Both the position numbers and the translations under genes were made by a program. The notes under the pieces were generated by a model. It was not told the origin of the DNA. It searched no databases and was given only the letters and a program-made list of their open reading frames with translations. A stretch of 64,000 nt of DNA from Eubacteriales bacterium. GTDB taxonomy: Bacteria > Bacillota > Clostridia > Oscillospirales > CAG-272. Below are positions 55,151-64,000 of the stretch, in pieces (positions within the stretch are counted from its first letter, which is position 1; each line of letters begins with the position of its first letter). The stretch covers positions 2,252 to 66,251 of the forward strand of contig JAZRCL010000089.1 of NCBI GenBank assembly GCA_045659745.1, given 5' to 3'.

Positions 55151-56325
55151 TAGATTATTCCAAGGTGCTTAACAGTGTGGTTAGTCAGGATATAAAGCCG
55201 TCCGGAATACGGAAATATTTTGACATTGCCGAGAGCATGGAGGGGGTAATATCCCTTGGTGTCGGCGAGCCTGATTTTCCCACGCCGTGGCATATAAAGA
55301 GCGCGGGCATACAGTCGCTTGAGCAGAGTAAGACCAAATATACTGCCAATGCGGGACTTGTAGCATTGCGCTGTGAAGTAAGCAAATTCTTTTTGAGAAA
55401 ATACGGAGTTGAGTACGAGCCCAAGAGCGAGATACTTATAACTGTAGGAGGCAGCGAGGGAATTGACAATGCTATACGCGCCATAGTTTCGCGCGGTGAC
55501 GAGGTCATTATTCCTCAGCCAAGCTTTGTTTGCTACGAGCCGCTTGTCAGACTTGCGGGAGGTATTCCTGTAATTATTGACCTTAAGGCGGAAAATGAGT
55601 TCAGACTCATGGCTGACGAGCTTCGCGAAAAAATAACGGACAAGACTAAAATGCTCATTTTTCCGTATCCGTGTAATCCTACGGGAGCGATTATGGAAAG
55701 AGCAGACCTTGAGGCTATTGCGGACGTTCTTCGAGAGACAAATATCTGCGTGCTTTCCGACGAGATATATTCCGAGCTTACATACGGAGAGAACACCCAC
55801 GTGTCCTTTGCGTCAATAGACGGAATGAAAGAGCGCACCATAGTTATAAACGGATTTTCCAAGACCTATTCCATGACGGGGTGGAGACTTGGATACGTCT
55901 GCGCGCCTGCTCCCATAATTCAGCAGATAACAAAGATACATCAGTTTGCTATAATGAGCGCGCCCACTACGGCGCAGTACGCAGCTATCGAGGCGCTAAA
56001 AAACGGCGATGCTGACATTGAGAGAATGAAGGCGGAGTATGACGTTCGCCGTCGTATAATGGTGAACGGATTTCGAAAGCTCGGTATGGATTGCTTTGAG
56101 CCCAAGGGCGCATTCTATACCTTCCCATCCATAAAAATATCGGGACTTTCAAGCGATGAATTTTGCGAGAAATTGCTTTATTCACAAAAGGTTGCCGTTG
56201 TTCCGGGAAGCGCGTTTGGCGCGTCTGGCGAGGGCTTTATCAGAGCGTCCTATTGCTACTCAACCGACCATATCAAAGAGGCTATTGACAGAATAGGGAA
56301 ATTTCTTAAAGAAATAAAATCATAG
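55147..56325 (+). CDS. Class I/II pyridoxal-phosphate-dependent aminotransferase
   Basis: 392 aa. It has the PLP-lysine motif SKTYSMTGWRLGY and overlaps the lrp stop by 4 nt. Confidence 0.9.
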   Translation: MIDYSKVLNSVVSQDIKPSGIRKYFDIAESMEGVISLGVGEPDFPTPWHIKSAGIQSLEQSKTKYTANAGLVALRCEVSKFFLRKYGVEYEPKSEILITVGGSEGIDNAIRAIVSRGDEVIIPQPSFVCYEPLVRLAGGIPVIIDLKAENEFRLMADELREKITDKTKMLIFPYPCNPTGAIMERADLEAIADVLRETNICVLSDEIYSELTYGENTHVSFASIDGMKERTIVINGFSKTYSMTGWRLGYVCAPAPIIQQITKIHQFAIMSAPTTAQYAAIEALKNGDADIERMKAEYDVRRRIMVNGFRKLGMDCFEPKGAFYTFPSIKISGLSSDEFCEKLLYSQKVAVVPGSAFGASGEGFIRASYCYSTDHIKEAIDRIGKFLKEIKS

Positions 56326-56335
56326 GGGATATATT

Positions 56336-57121
56336 TTGGATAAAAATCAACTTAAACTACGCAGAAAACTGAATATATTTTTTGCCGTAAGTATGGCTTT
56401 TCTGTACTGCGTGTATTGCTTTGCGTTGGTACCTCTCGGCAATATTCTTGCAAATAATATTCAGTATATGGATACTGTCTTGCCTACTGTGGTAGAGTAT
56501 ATTTACGATTTAGTTGAAATAGTCGCAATATCACTTGCGTATGCTGTGTCCATCTACTCAATATACAGATATGGCGTTGGCAGAATAGGCATACCCGCTA
56601 TAATTTTTTCACTTGTGACACTGTTCAAGTATGTAATAAACGTGCTTATGACGTGGCTTGATAACGGATTTGAAATTAAGGTCTGGAGCGATATTCGAAG
56701 CATTCTGGTTCCTATGTTTTTCGAGCTTTTGCAGTACTTCGTGGTTATTCTTATAGCATATAGAATATTGTCAGCTTACCTTGATCTTGTTGATAAAAAA
56801 CGCAAGGCGGACAGAAAGCTTGGAAACAAGCCGATCACAGATGGAATATATCCGCTCAGATCATTTATTGATCTGGGAAATCCTATGATCAAGGGCGCGT
56901 TCTGGGCAGGAGTTATCGTCGCTGCAACCAAGGTAGCTCAAAGAATATTTTACGATATACTGTACACGATAATGTACGGTATACCTCAGCTCTCGGAGAT
57001 ACCCGGTATGATAATTTATTATTCGTCGGATATTCTTTGCGGAGTGGCGTGTTATTTTGCAGTTATCTGGCTGTTGATGCTGTTTTTAGAGAAAAAGCTC
57101 AAGCGCGAGCTTTACGAGTAA
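56336..57121 (+). CDS. Hypothetical polytopic membrane protein
   Basis: 261 aa with about 6 TM segments and a TTG start after the RBS agggga. I recognise no motif. Confidence 0.55.
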   Translation: MDKNQLKLRRKLNIFFAVSMAFLYCVYCFALVPLGNILANNIQYMDTVLPTVVEYIYDLVEIVAISLAYAVSIYSIYRYGVGRIGIPAIIFSLVTLFKYVINVLMTWLDNGFEIKVWSDIRSILVPMFFELLQYFVVILIAYRILSAYLDLVDKKRKADRKLGNKPITDGIYPLRSFIDLGNPMIKGAFWAGVIVAATKVAQRIFYDILYTIMYGIPQLSEIPGMIIYYSSDILCGVACYFAVIWLLMLFLEKKLKRELYE

Positions 57122-57136
57122 AATTTAATAAAATTT

Positions 57137-57199
57137 ATCCGCACACCTGTGCTTTGTGACCGAAAAATCGGCGCGAGCGTGGGCGTGCGGATATTTTTT
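57137..57199 (+). terminator. Candidate terminator after the membrane gene
   Basis: An outer stem atccgcac/gtgcggat encloses a 40-nt structured interior and is followed by attttttg. Confidence 0.55.
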
Positions 57200-57252
57200 G
57201 CAAAAACCTTGCAATATATAGTGGAATTTATATATATTATTTCAATAATTGC

Positions 57253-57282
57253 TTGACTTTGAAATAATATATATGTTATAAT
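57253..57282 (+). promoter_or_regulatory. Sigma-A-type promoter for pncB
   Basis: TTGACT (57253-57258), 18 nt, TATAAT (57277-57282). Confidence 0.5.
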
Positions 57283-57355
57283 ATATATTGGCATTTTATC
57301 TTATAATGCCGAAGAATCACCATTTTGAATTTATTTTTAACGGGAGGACGTTGGA

Positions 57356-58807
57356 ATGAAGGATATAAGCAGAAATCTTACAATGCTCTTTGATTTTTAC
57401 GAGCTCACTATGGGTAACGGATATTTCAAGTGCGGATATGCGGATAAAATAGTTTATTTTGATCTGTATTACAGAGACAACCCCGATAACGGCGGATATG
57501 CAGTTGCTGCAGGTCTTGAGCAGATCATAGAATATGTCAAGGACCTCAGATTCGACGAGGACGATATAGCTTATCTTCGCTCCAAGGGTTGCTTTGACGA
57601 GGAATTTTTGAAATATCTCTCCGCCTTCAGATTCACGGGAGATATATGGGCAATACCCGAGGGAACTATCGTATTTCCCGGAGAACCTCTTATAACAGTA
57701 AGAGCGAGAGCAATAGAGGCTCAGTTTATAGAGACCTATCTGCTTCTAATGATAAATCACCAGTCGCTTATCGCGACCAAGGCTGCAAGAATAACCCGTG
57801 CCGCAAAGGGAAGAATCGTCAGCGAATTTGGATCTAGACGAGCGCAGGGCGCAGATGCAGCGATACTTGGTGCTCGCGCGGCTTATATAGGCGGTTGTAA
57901 TTCAACTGCGTGCGCTATATGTGACGAGGTTTACGGAGTTCCCGCAACGGGCACTATGGCTCACTCATGGGTGCAGATGTTTGACGACGAATACACTGCG
58001 TTCAAGACCTACTGCGAGATATATCCCAACAACGCCACACTTCTTATCGACACCTACAACGTATTAAAATCGGGCATTCCGAATGCAATACGTGCCTTTA
58101 ATGAGGTGTTAAAGCCTCTTGGTATAACCAAGTGCGGAGTAAGACTTGACTCAGGAGATATTACGTATCTCACCAAGAAAATGAGAAAAATGCTTGACGA
58201 CGCGGGCTGGACTGAGTGTAAGATCATAGTTTCCAACTCGCTTGACGAGTATATAATCCGCGAGCTTATCCGTCAGGGCGCGGCAGTTGACGGCTTTGGC
58301 GTCGGCGAGAGGCTTATAACGGCGAAGAGCCACCCCGTATTCGGTGCGGTGTATAAGCTCTGCGCTGTCGAGGATTCAGAGGGCAACGTCACCCCTAAGA
58401 TAAAGATAAGCGAGAACGTAGGCAAGATAACCACGCCTCACTTCAAGAAGGTCTACAGACTTCGCGGACGTGACACGGGCAAGGCGGAGGCAGACCTTAT
58501 ATGCGTTTATGACGAGACGGTTGACGATACAAAGCCCATTGAGCTGTTTGACCCCGAGCACACGTGGAAGCGCAAGGTGCTTGAAAACTATACCGCAACC
58601 GAGCTTCTCGTTCCCATTTTCAAAAACGGAGAGCTTGTTTATAAGATGCCCACTCTCAAAGAGATAAGAGAGCATCACGAAAGAGAAATTGAGGGTATGT
58701 GGGATGAAGTGAAGAGATTTACCAATCCTCACAACTACTACGTTGACCTGTCCCAAAAGCTATGGGACATCAAGAATGACCTGCTTACAAAGAGCAGAAA
58801 CAAATAA
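57356..58807 (+). CDS. pncB: Nicotinate phosphoribosyltransferase
   Basis: 483 aa. It has DFYELTM, GSRRA and TMAHSW motifs. Confidence 0.93.
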   Translation: MKDISRNLTMLFDFYELTMGNGYFKCGYADKIVYFDLYYRDNPDNGGYAVAAGLEQIIEYVKDLRFDEDDIAYLRSKGCFDEEFLKYLSAFRFTGDIWAIPEGTIVFPGEPLITVRARAIEAQFIETYLLLMINHQSLIATKAARITRAAKGRIVSEFGSRRAQGADAAILGARAAYIGGCNSTACAICDEVYGVPATGTMAHSWVQMFDDEYTAFKTYCEIYPNNATLLIDTYNVLKSGIPNAIRAFNEVLKPLGITKCGVRLDSGDITYLTKKMRKMLDDAGWTECKIIVSNSLDEYIIRELIRQGAAVDGFGVGERLITAKSHPVFGAVYKLCAVEDSEGNVTPKIKISENVGKITTPHFKKVYRLRGRDTGKAEADLICVYDETVDDTKPIELFDPEHTWKRKVLENYTATELLVPIFKNGELVYKMPTLKEIREHHEREIEGMWDEVKRFTNPHNYYVDLSQKLWDIKNDLLTKSRNK

Positions 58808-58828
58808 TTAACACCCAAGGAGGAAAAC

Positions 58829-59827
58829 ATGCCAAATATAGCAGTATTTTGGAATACGTTGTTTGAGGGCTTCAAGGACTACGTAATTTTCCCCATCATC
58901 AATATAGGCATTATCGATATCATAGACATACTTTTGCTTGCGGGTCTTCTGTATATGGTGTTCAAGTTTATAAGAGACAGACACGTCGGCAGAATAGCGC
59001 TCGGACTCGGAGCGGTTGTGCTCATTTATGTCATCAGTGATATATTCCATATGGTTGCCATAGGCTCTATACTCAAGAATTTCTACGTGGTGGGTATTAT
59101 GGTAGTTTGTATCATCTTCCAGCCCGAGCTTCGCGCGGTGCTTGAGGAGGTGGGCTCCACGTCCCTGAACATTCGAAAAATAAAGGGCAAGAAGGTTGAT
59201 CAGAGTCCCGAGACACTTAAGGTGGTAGAGGAAATTTCCGCGGCGGCATTTGAGCTTTCCGCAAGAGGAGACGGCGCTCTTATAGTTATTGAGCGTTCCA
59301 GCCGTTTGCGCTCCCAGATGACAGAGGGTGTTACTCTTGACGCGAAGGTATCAAGACAGCTTCTGAGTAATATTTTCTTTAACAAGTCACCCTTGCATGA
59401 CGGCGCGGTGATTATACGCGACAACAAGATAATTGCGGCATCTACAAAGTCCAAGAACATCTCTGAAAGTGACGATCCCCAGATGAGACGTCTCGGCACA
59501 AGACACAGAGCCGCGCTTCGCATAACCGAGGTCAGTGACGCCATTGTGGTTGTGGTATCCGAGGAGACGGGGACTATTTCCATTGCAAACAACAAAATAC
59601 TCAAAAGAGGATATCAGGATATAGGCAAGAATGGTAAGCACAAGTCCAACGATCTGCGTGACGACCTTTACACGCTTATGACGGGTAGCTCGGTAAATGA
59701 AGATGTATATATGGCCGTAAATTTTGACAAACTTAAGTTTGCGGGCGATGATGATATTGAGATAATAAATACCGATAACATTGATACCGAAAATTCTGTG
59801 GAAAGTGAGGGCGGCGATTCTGTATGA
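58829..59827 (+). CDS. cdaA: Diadenylate cyclase CdaA
   Basis: Three N-terminal TM helices precede a DAC domain (GALIVIE, HDGAVII, GTRHRAA). The C-terminal tail is extended and acidic. Confidence 0.93.
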   Translation: MPNIAVFWNTLFEGFKDYVIFPIINIGIIDIIDILLLAGLLYMVFKFIRDRHVGRIALGLGAVVLIYVISDIFHMVAIGSILKNFYVVGIMVVCIIFQPELRAVLEEVGSTSLNIRKIKGKKVDQSPETLKVVEEISAAAFELSARGDGALIVIERSSRLRSQMTEGVTLDAKVSRQLLSNIFFNKSPLHDGAVIIRDNKIIAASTKSKNISESDDPQMRRLGTRHRAALRITEVSDAIVVVVSEETGTISIANNKILKRGYQDIGKNGKHKSNDLRDDLYTLMTGSSVNEDVYMAVNFDKLKFAGDDDIEIINTDNIDTENSVESEGGDSV

Positions 59828-60864
59828 AGCAAGTGGATTTTCAAAAAGAGCGTGACGAAAAAGGGCGCGAATCCATAGTTATTGGAAGCCAGAGTAAGAG
59901 ACGAATAGACCTTCTTCCCAGACTTTTGTGCTTGCTTTTTGCAATCACTATATGGATATATTGTGTAAATATCAACGAGAGTGATGTCACTGCAACCTTT
60001 TCCGTAAAGCTTAACGTTGTGGGTGCGGAAAGCATGGACAACGGTATGTCGTTGTACTCAACCCTCAATGTGTCCGAGGTAAAGATAACCGTTCAGGGCA
60101 CTAACAGAGATATAAACAAGTACAGCGCGTCGGATTATTCTGCGTATATTGACGTAAGCCAGATAGACTCTGTGGGATGGTCAACGGTAAAGATAGTGAC
60201 GACCGCCCCCGAGAGCTCAAGCCTTACGATTCTCAGCACGGATATTGACGCAATTTCCGTCTATGCAGACGTTGCGGCAGAGACCACTGTCCCGCTTGAG
60301 ATAAAAGAGGGAAGCATCACACATCCGCTCAACTATAAGATTTCATACAATATTGAGGACGGAGTAAACGAAATAACCATTAAGGGTCCCAAGACTATGA
60401 TAGACGAGATCTCAAGAGCAGAATATCTGCTTGAGGGAGAGTTTAACAAGAGTAAGCTGATTTCGGGCTTCTCGCTCAACTTCTATAACAAGAACGGTGA
60501 GCTTATAAGTGCGAATAACACAAGCGAGCTCTCGCCAAGCTCAATAAGCTACGATACCAGCAAGATGAAGATAAACGTATCTGTCACAGCTCCCGTGGTG
60601 CTTAAGATAAAGGCAGCGGGTAGTGTGCCCAATTATATTTACACTGTAGATCCCGTCACTGCAAACGTTATTGGTGACCCCGAAATGCTCAATGCAATTT
60701 CGGATTACATAATTGATATGGGAGATGCGGGTGTAGGTGTGCATGAGGTCATCGTTACCGCTGAGCAGTTGGGTTATCCTGATGGAGTAAAGCTTGAGGC
60801 GGATAAGATTACTGTGACGGTGCATATAACCGAGAGCGCAGCTGCAGCTCAGCCTACAACGTAA
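59824..60864 (+). CDS. cdaR: CdaA regulatory protein CdaR (YbbR repeats)
   Basis: 346 aa with one TM helix followed by repeated YbbR-like beta domains. It overlaps cdaA by 4 nt. Confidence 0.85.
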   Translation: MKQVDFQKERDEKGRESIVIGSQSKRRIDLLPRLLCLLFAITIWIYCVNINESDVTATFSVKLNVVGAESMDNGMSLYSTLNVSEVKITVQGTNRDINKYSASDYSAYIDVSQIDSVGWSTVKIVTTAPESSSLTILSTDIDAISVYADVAAETTVPLEIKEGSITHPLNYKISYNIEDGVNEITIKGPKTMIDEISRAEYLLEGEFNKSKLISGFSLNFYNKNGELISANNTSELSPSSISYDTSKMKINVSVTAPVVLKIKAAGSVPNYIYTVDPVTANVIGDPEMLNAISDYIIDMGDAGVGVHEVIVTAEQLGYPDGVKLEADKITVTVHITESAAAAQPTT

Positions 60865-62483
60865 TGAATAGAGAAAAGTATATAATTGACGCTATATCAG
60901 TCTCGCCCGATATGGGCGAGACTGAGGCGCTGAATGCGGTCAAAAAAAGACTTGATAAACTTGGCATTTCAAGCATGGAATATGAGCTGTCCATATTCAA
61001 AAAATCGGTTGACGCCAGAAAACGTCAGGACATAAGGCTTGTATATTCGGTTGCTGTGACGGCTGTTGAGGGCAAAAGACTTTCGCAAAAGGTAATTGAC
61101 AAGCTCGGTGCACGAAAAATTCTCAATACTGAAATTGAATTTCGATATGGTGACCGAGAGATGTCCGCGCGCCCTATGGTCGTGGGAATGGGTCCTGCGG
61201 GAATGTTCTGCGCGCTAATTCTGGCGGAGCAGGGATATCGCCCTATAATCATCGACCGAGGTGACTGTGTGACCGACCGAGTTTTAGCGGTTGACAGATT
61301 TTATTCTGACGGTAAGCTTGACACGGATTCAAATATTCAGTTTGGCGCGGGCGGTGCGGGAACCTTTTCTGACGGAAAGCTTCTCACGAGAATAAACGAC
61401 GAAAAATGCTCCTACGTGCTTGACACGTTCAAAAAATTCGGTGCGCCCGAGGATATAACCCTCAAGGCAAAGCCTCATATCGGAACGGATATTTTGCGTG
61501 AGGTTGTGGATAACATTCTCAAGCGTATCGAGGAACTTGGCGGAGAGGTAATATACCGATGCAGAATGACGGATATTACCGAGTTGAGTGACGGTAATAT
61601 AAAAGTGACTACCACCAAAGGAGATTTCCTTTGCGGTGACGTAGTTCTTGCTCTCGGCCATAGCGCTAGAGACACCTATAAAATGCTTATCGAAAAGAGC
61701 TTTGTAATATCTCCCAAACCCATTTCGGTGGGAGTAAGAATAGAGCATCTCAGAGAGGATATAGAGAATATGCTCTATGGGGACTTTGCGGGACATCCTG
61801 CGCTCGGCGCGGCGGAGTACGCGTTGTCCGATACCAAGAGTGAGCGGGGAGTATATACCTTTTGTATGTGCCCCGGAGGTGAGGTTGTAGGCGCGGCGTC
61901 AGAGGAGAATAGTGTTGTAGTTAACGGTATGAGCAGACATGCCCGTGACGGTAGAAACTCAAACTCCGCAATAGCGGTATCTGTTCATCCTGATGATTTC
62001 GAAGCATACGAGGGAAGTGTTGCACTTGGAGCAATAGAATTCCAAAGAAAAATTGAAAGAGCGGCTTATATTGCAGGCGGTAGAGATTATAGTGCTCCTA
62101 TGCAGACGGTAGGAGATTTTATCTCGGGCACGCGAGGCAGTATGCCCTCAAAGGTCATGCCTACTTATATGGGAGGTAAATGCAACGTTGCGGATATGAA
62201 CGATGTTTTGCCTGATTTTGTGACCAGACATTTAAGATACGGTATACAGTCATTTGACAGAAGATTTTGCGGCTTTGCAGATGAGAGCGCAATACTCACG
62301 GGAGCGGAGACAAGAACCTCAGCACCCGTCAGAATATTAAGAACAGAGGATATGAGTGCTATAGGGCATAGCGCAATCTACCCATGCGGAGAGGGAGCAG
62401 GCTACGCGGGTGGAATTACAAGTGCTGCGGTTGACGGCATAAAAACTGCTCTTGCAATAATAAAAAAATATAAGAAAATATAA
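60864..62483 (+). CDS. FAD-dependent protein (COG2509-like oxidoreductase)
   Basis: 539 aa. It has the dinucleotide fold VVGMGPAGMFCAL and a C-terminal GEGAGYAGGI. Its ATG overlaps the cdaR stop (TAATG). Confidence 0.8.
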   Translation: MNREKYIIDAISVSPDMGETEALNAVKKRLDKLGISSMEYELSIFKKSVDARKRQDIRLVYSVAVTAVEGKRLSQKVIDKLGARKILNTEIEFRYGDREMSARPMVVGMGPAGMFCALILAEQGYRPIIIDRGDCVTDRVLAVDRFYSDGKLDTDSNIQFGAGGAGTFSDGKLLTRINDEKCSYVLDTFKKFGAPEDITLKAKPHIGTDILREVVDNILKRIEELGGEVIYRCRMTDITELSDGNIKVTTTKGDFLCGDVVLALGHSARDTYKMLIEKSFVISPKPISVGVRIEHLREDIENMLYGDFAGHPALGAAEYALSDTKSERGVYTFCMCPGGEVVGAASEENSVVVNGMSRHARDGRNSNSAIAVSVHPDDFEAYEGSVALGAIEFQRKIERAAYIAGGRDYSAPMQTVGDFISGTRGSMPSKVMPTYMGGKCNVADMNDVLPDFVTRHLRYGIQSFDRRFCGFADESAILTGAETRTSAPVRILRTEDMSAIGHSAIYPCGEGAGYAGGITSAAVDGIKTALAIIKKYKKI

Positions 62484-62561
62484 AGATGATTGACGGAGCT
62501 TATGTCGGGCAGGTATGCCGATGGATACTTGTTTTGATATGTTTGAGCTTTTGGAGTAGAA

Positions 62562-64000
62562 ATGAATTACACGGATAAAGAAAAAATATGGTCCTTGCGC
62601 TATGTGGAGAGCGCGGAGTCAAGAGAGGCTGTTTTGCGCTTGGCTGCGGAGCTCGATATCTCTCCCATAACCGCAAAGCTTATATATACACGAGGATATA
62701 CGTCGTCTGATGAGGCGAAGGCTTTCATACACACGGATATCAGTAGCCTGCACAATCCTTATTTTATGAAGGATATGCGTCCTGCCGTTGAGAGAATAGC
62801 GAAAGCTATTGAATCAGGCGAGAATATAACGGTTTACGGAGATTACGACGTGGACGGCGTGACCTCGGTAAGTCTTGCGTACCTTTATTTCAAGTCACAA
62901 GACGCAAAAATAGATTATTACATTCCCTCAAGAAACAAGGAGGGATACGGCATCTCAAAGCTTGGAATAGACAAGCTTTGTGAGCGCGGAACTAAGCTTA
63001 TTATTACCGTTGATACAGGAATTACGGCAAACAGCGAGGTTGAATATGCAAAGGAGCTCGGAATAGATACGGTAGTCACCGACCACCACGAGTGCCACGC
63101 TACACTTCCTTTAGCCGAGGCGGTAGTTAACCCCCACAGACCCGACTGTGGGTATCCATTCAAGGAGCTTGCGGGAGTCGGGGTTGTGTTCAAGCTTGTT
63201 TGCGCATTTGAGCAGTATATGCATCCTGAGCTTTCAGCGATAGAGTGCTGGCGCAACATCTGCGAGGACTACGTTGACCTTGTTGCGATAGGCACTGTGG
63301 CTGACGTTATGCCCGTGTGCGACGAGAACAGATTTATAGTTGATATGGGTATTAAAAAAATATCCGCGACTAATAGATGCGGACTTGCCGCTCTTATTGA
63401 AACTGCAAGCTCCACAGATTTCAATTCTCAGCCCGCTGTGGGACATGCGCAAAAGCCTAAAAAGCGCAAGGTAAATACGGGATTTATCGGATTTACGTTA
63501 GCTCCCAGGATAAACGCTGCGGGACGTATAAGCTCTGCCGAGAAGGCTGTTGAGCTGCTTTTGTGTGAGGATTACGATAAGGCGCTTGAGAAAGCACGCG
63601 AGCTTTGTGAGATAAATCACTGCCGTCAGGTGGAGGAAAACAGAATAGCCGAGCAGGCATACAAAATGATTGAGGAGACTCACGACTTTGAATGTGACAG
63701 AGTCATTATTCTTGATGCTGATTCCTGGCAGCAGGGAATAATCGGTATAGTTTCTTCAAGAATAACCGAAAAATACGGACTTCCGTCTATACTTATCTCC
63801 TACGAGGGAGCAACGCGAGGCTTTGCAAGTGATGACGACATAGGAAAGGGATCGGGAAGAAGCATCAAGGGACTTAACCTTGTCGGCGCATTGAGCTATT
63901 GCGAGGATATTCTTGAAAAGTTCGGTGGTCACGAGCTTGCCGCAGGACTTTCAGTCAGACGCGGAAACGTGGATATATTCAGAAAGAAAATAAACGAATA
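62562..64000 (+). CDS. recJ: Single-stranded-DNA-specific exonuclease RecJ, 3'-truncated by the window edge
   Basis: It is not in the ORF track because it has no stop in the window. I translated it by hand from the ATG at 62562 (RBS ggag). It carries the DHH motifs VYGDYDVDG, TVDTG and VTDHH. Confidence 0.9.
   Translation, partial: MNYTDKEKIWSLRYVESAESREAVLRLAAELDISPITAKLIYTRGYTSSDEAKAFIHTDISSLHNPYFMKDMRPAVERIAKAIESGENITVYGDYDVDGVTSVSLAYLYFKSQDAKIDYYIPSRNKEGYGISKLGIDKLCERGTKLIITVDTGITANSEVEYAKELGIDTVVTDHHECHATLPLAEAVVNPHRPDCGYPFKELAGVGVVFKLVCAFEQYMHPELSAIECWRNICEDYVDLVAIGTVADVMPVCDENRFIVDMGIKKISATNRCGLAALIETASSTDFNSQPAVGHAQKPKKRKVNTGFIGFTLAPRINAAGRISSAEKAVELLLCEDYDKALEKARELCEINHCRQVEENRIAEQAYKMIEETHDFECDRVIILDADSWQQGIIGIVSSRITEKYGLPSILISYEGATRGFASDDDIGKGSGRSIKGLNLVGALSYCEDILEKFGGHELAAGLSVRRGNVDIFRKKINE

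Noticed and set aside
57143-57150. acacctgt as a possible NiaR half-site upstream of pncB.
   Set aside because: It is a single half-site inside the terminator stem of the upstream gene, about 100 nt upstream of the candidate pncB promoter. I am also not certain of the consensus from memory.

Overview
This 64-kb window comes from a spore-forming Firmicute that looks Clostridia-like. It carries yqfC/yqfD/ylbJ sporulation genes, a Bacillus-type long SRP RNA, a T-box-controlled valS, and ffs-dnaX-ybaB-recR synteny. I support about 60 protein genes, and nearly all are housekeeping. They cover replication and repair (polA, dnaX, recR, recO, topB, uvrC, uvrB, uvrA, recJ), translation (trpS, valS, rimM, trmD, ybeY, era, rsmD), and metabolism (pgi, pncB, coaD, Fe-ADH, fakB/fakA). 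They also include c-di-AMP genes (cdaA/cdaR) and a number of membrane proteins. RNA features are one intact tRNA-Thr(GGU), a long SRP RNA and a valS T-box leader. I found no CRISPR array, transposase, integrase, prophage or recognisable multi-gene defence system. The structure that the gene list does not explain is non-coding. (1) A multi-hairpin element of about 0.3 kb occurs twice, after the EIIC-like gene and after uvrA. The two copies share identical core motifs and show compensatory changes in their stems, and a possible degenerate relative sits inside the valS leader. (2) The tRNA-Thr locus is scarred. It holds a duplicated 5' tRNA fragment and a second tRNA copy whose anticodon region is replaced by three tandem hairpin repeats of about 50 nt. 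Those repeats share a module with element copy A. (3) REP/REPIN-like GTAG-headed palindromes bracket an AT-rich orphan ORF between recO and yajC. Protein-level items worth a look are a PadR-DUF1700-DUF4097 operon, an AT-rich membrane gene appended to topB, an HD(ppGpp-hydrolase-like)-DUF5662 fusion, a stand-alone mini P-loop gene, and several orphan membrane or secreted proteins. All homology calls are from reading motifs by eye; no searches were run.
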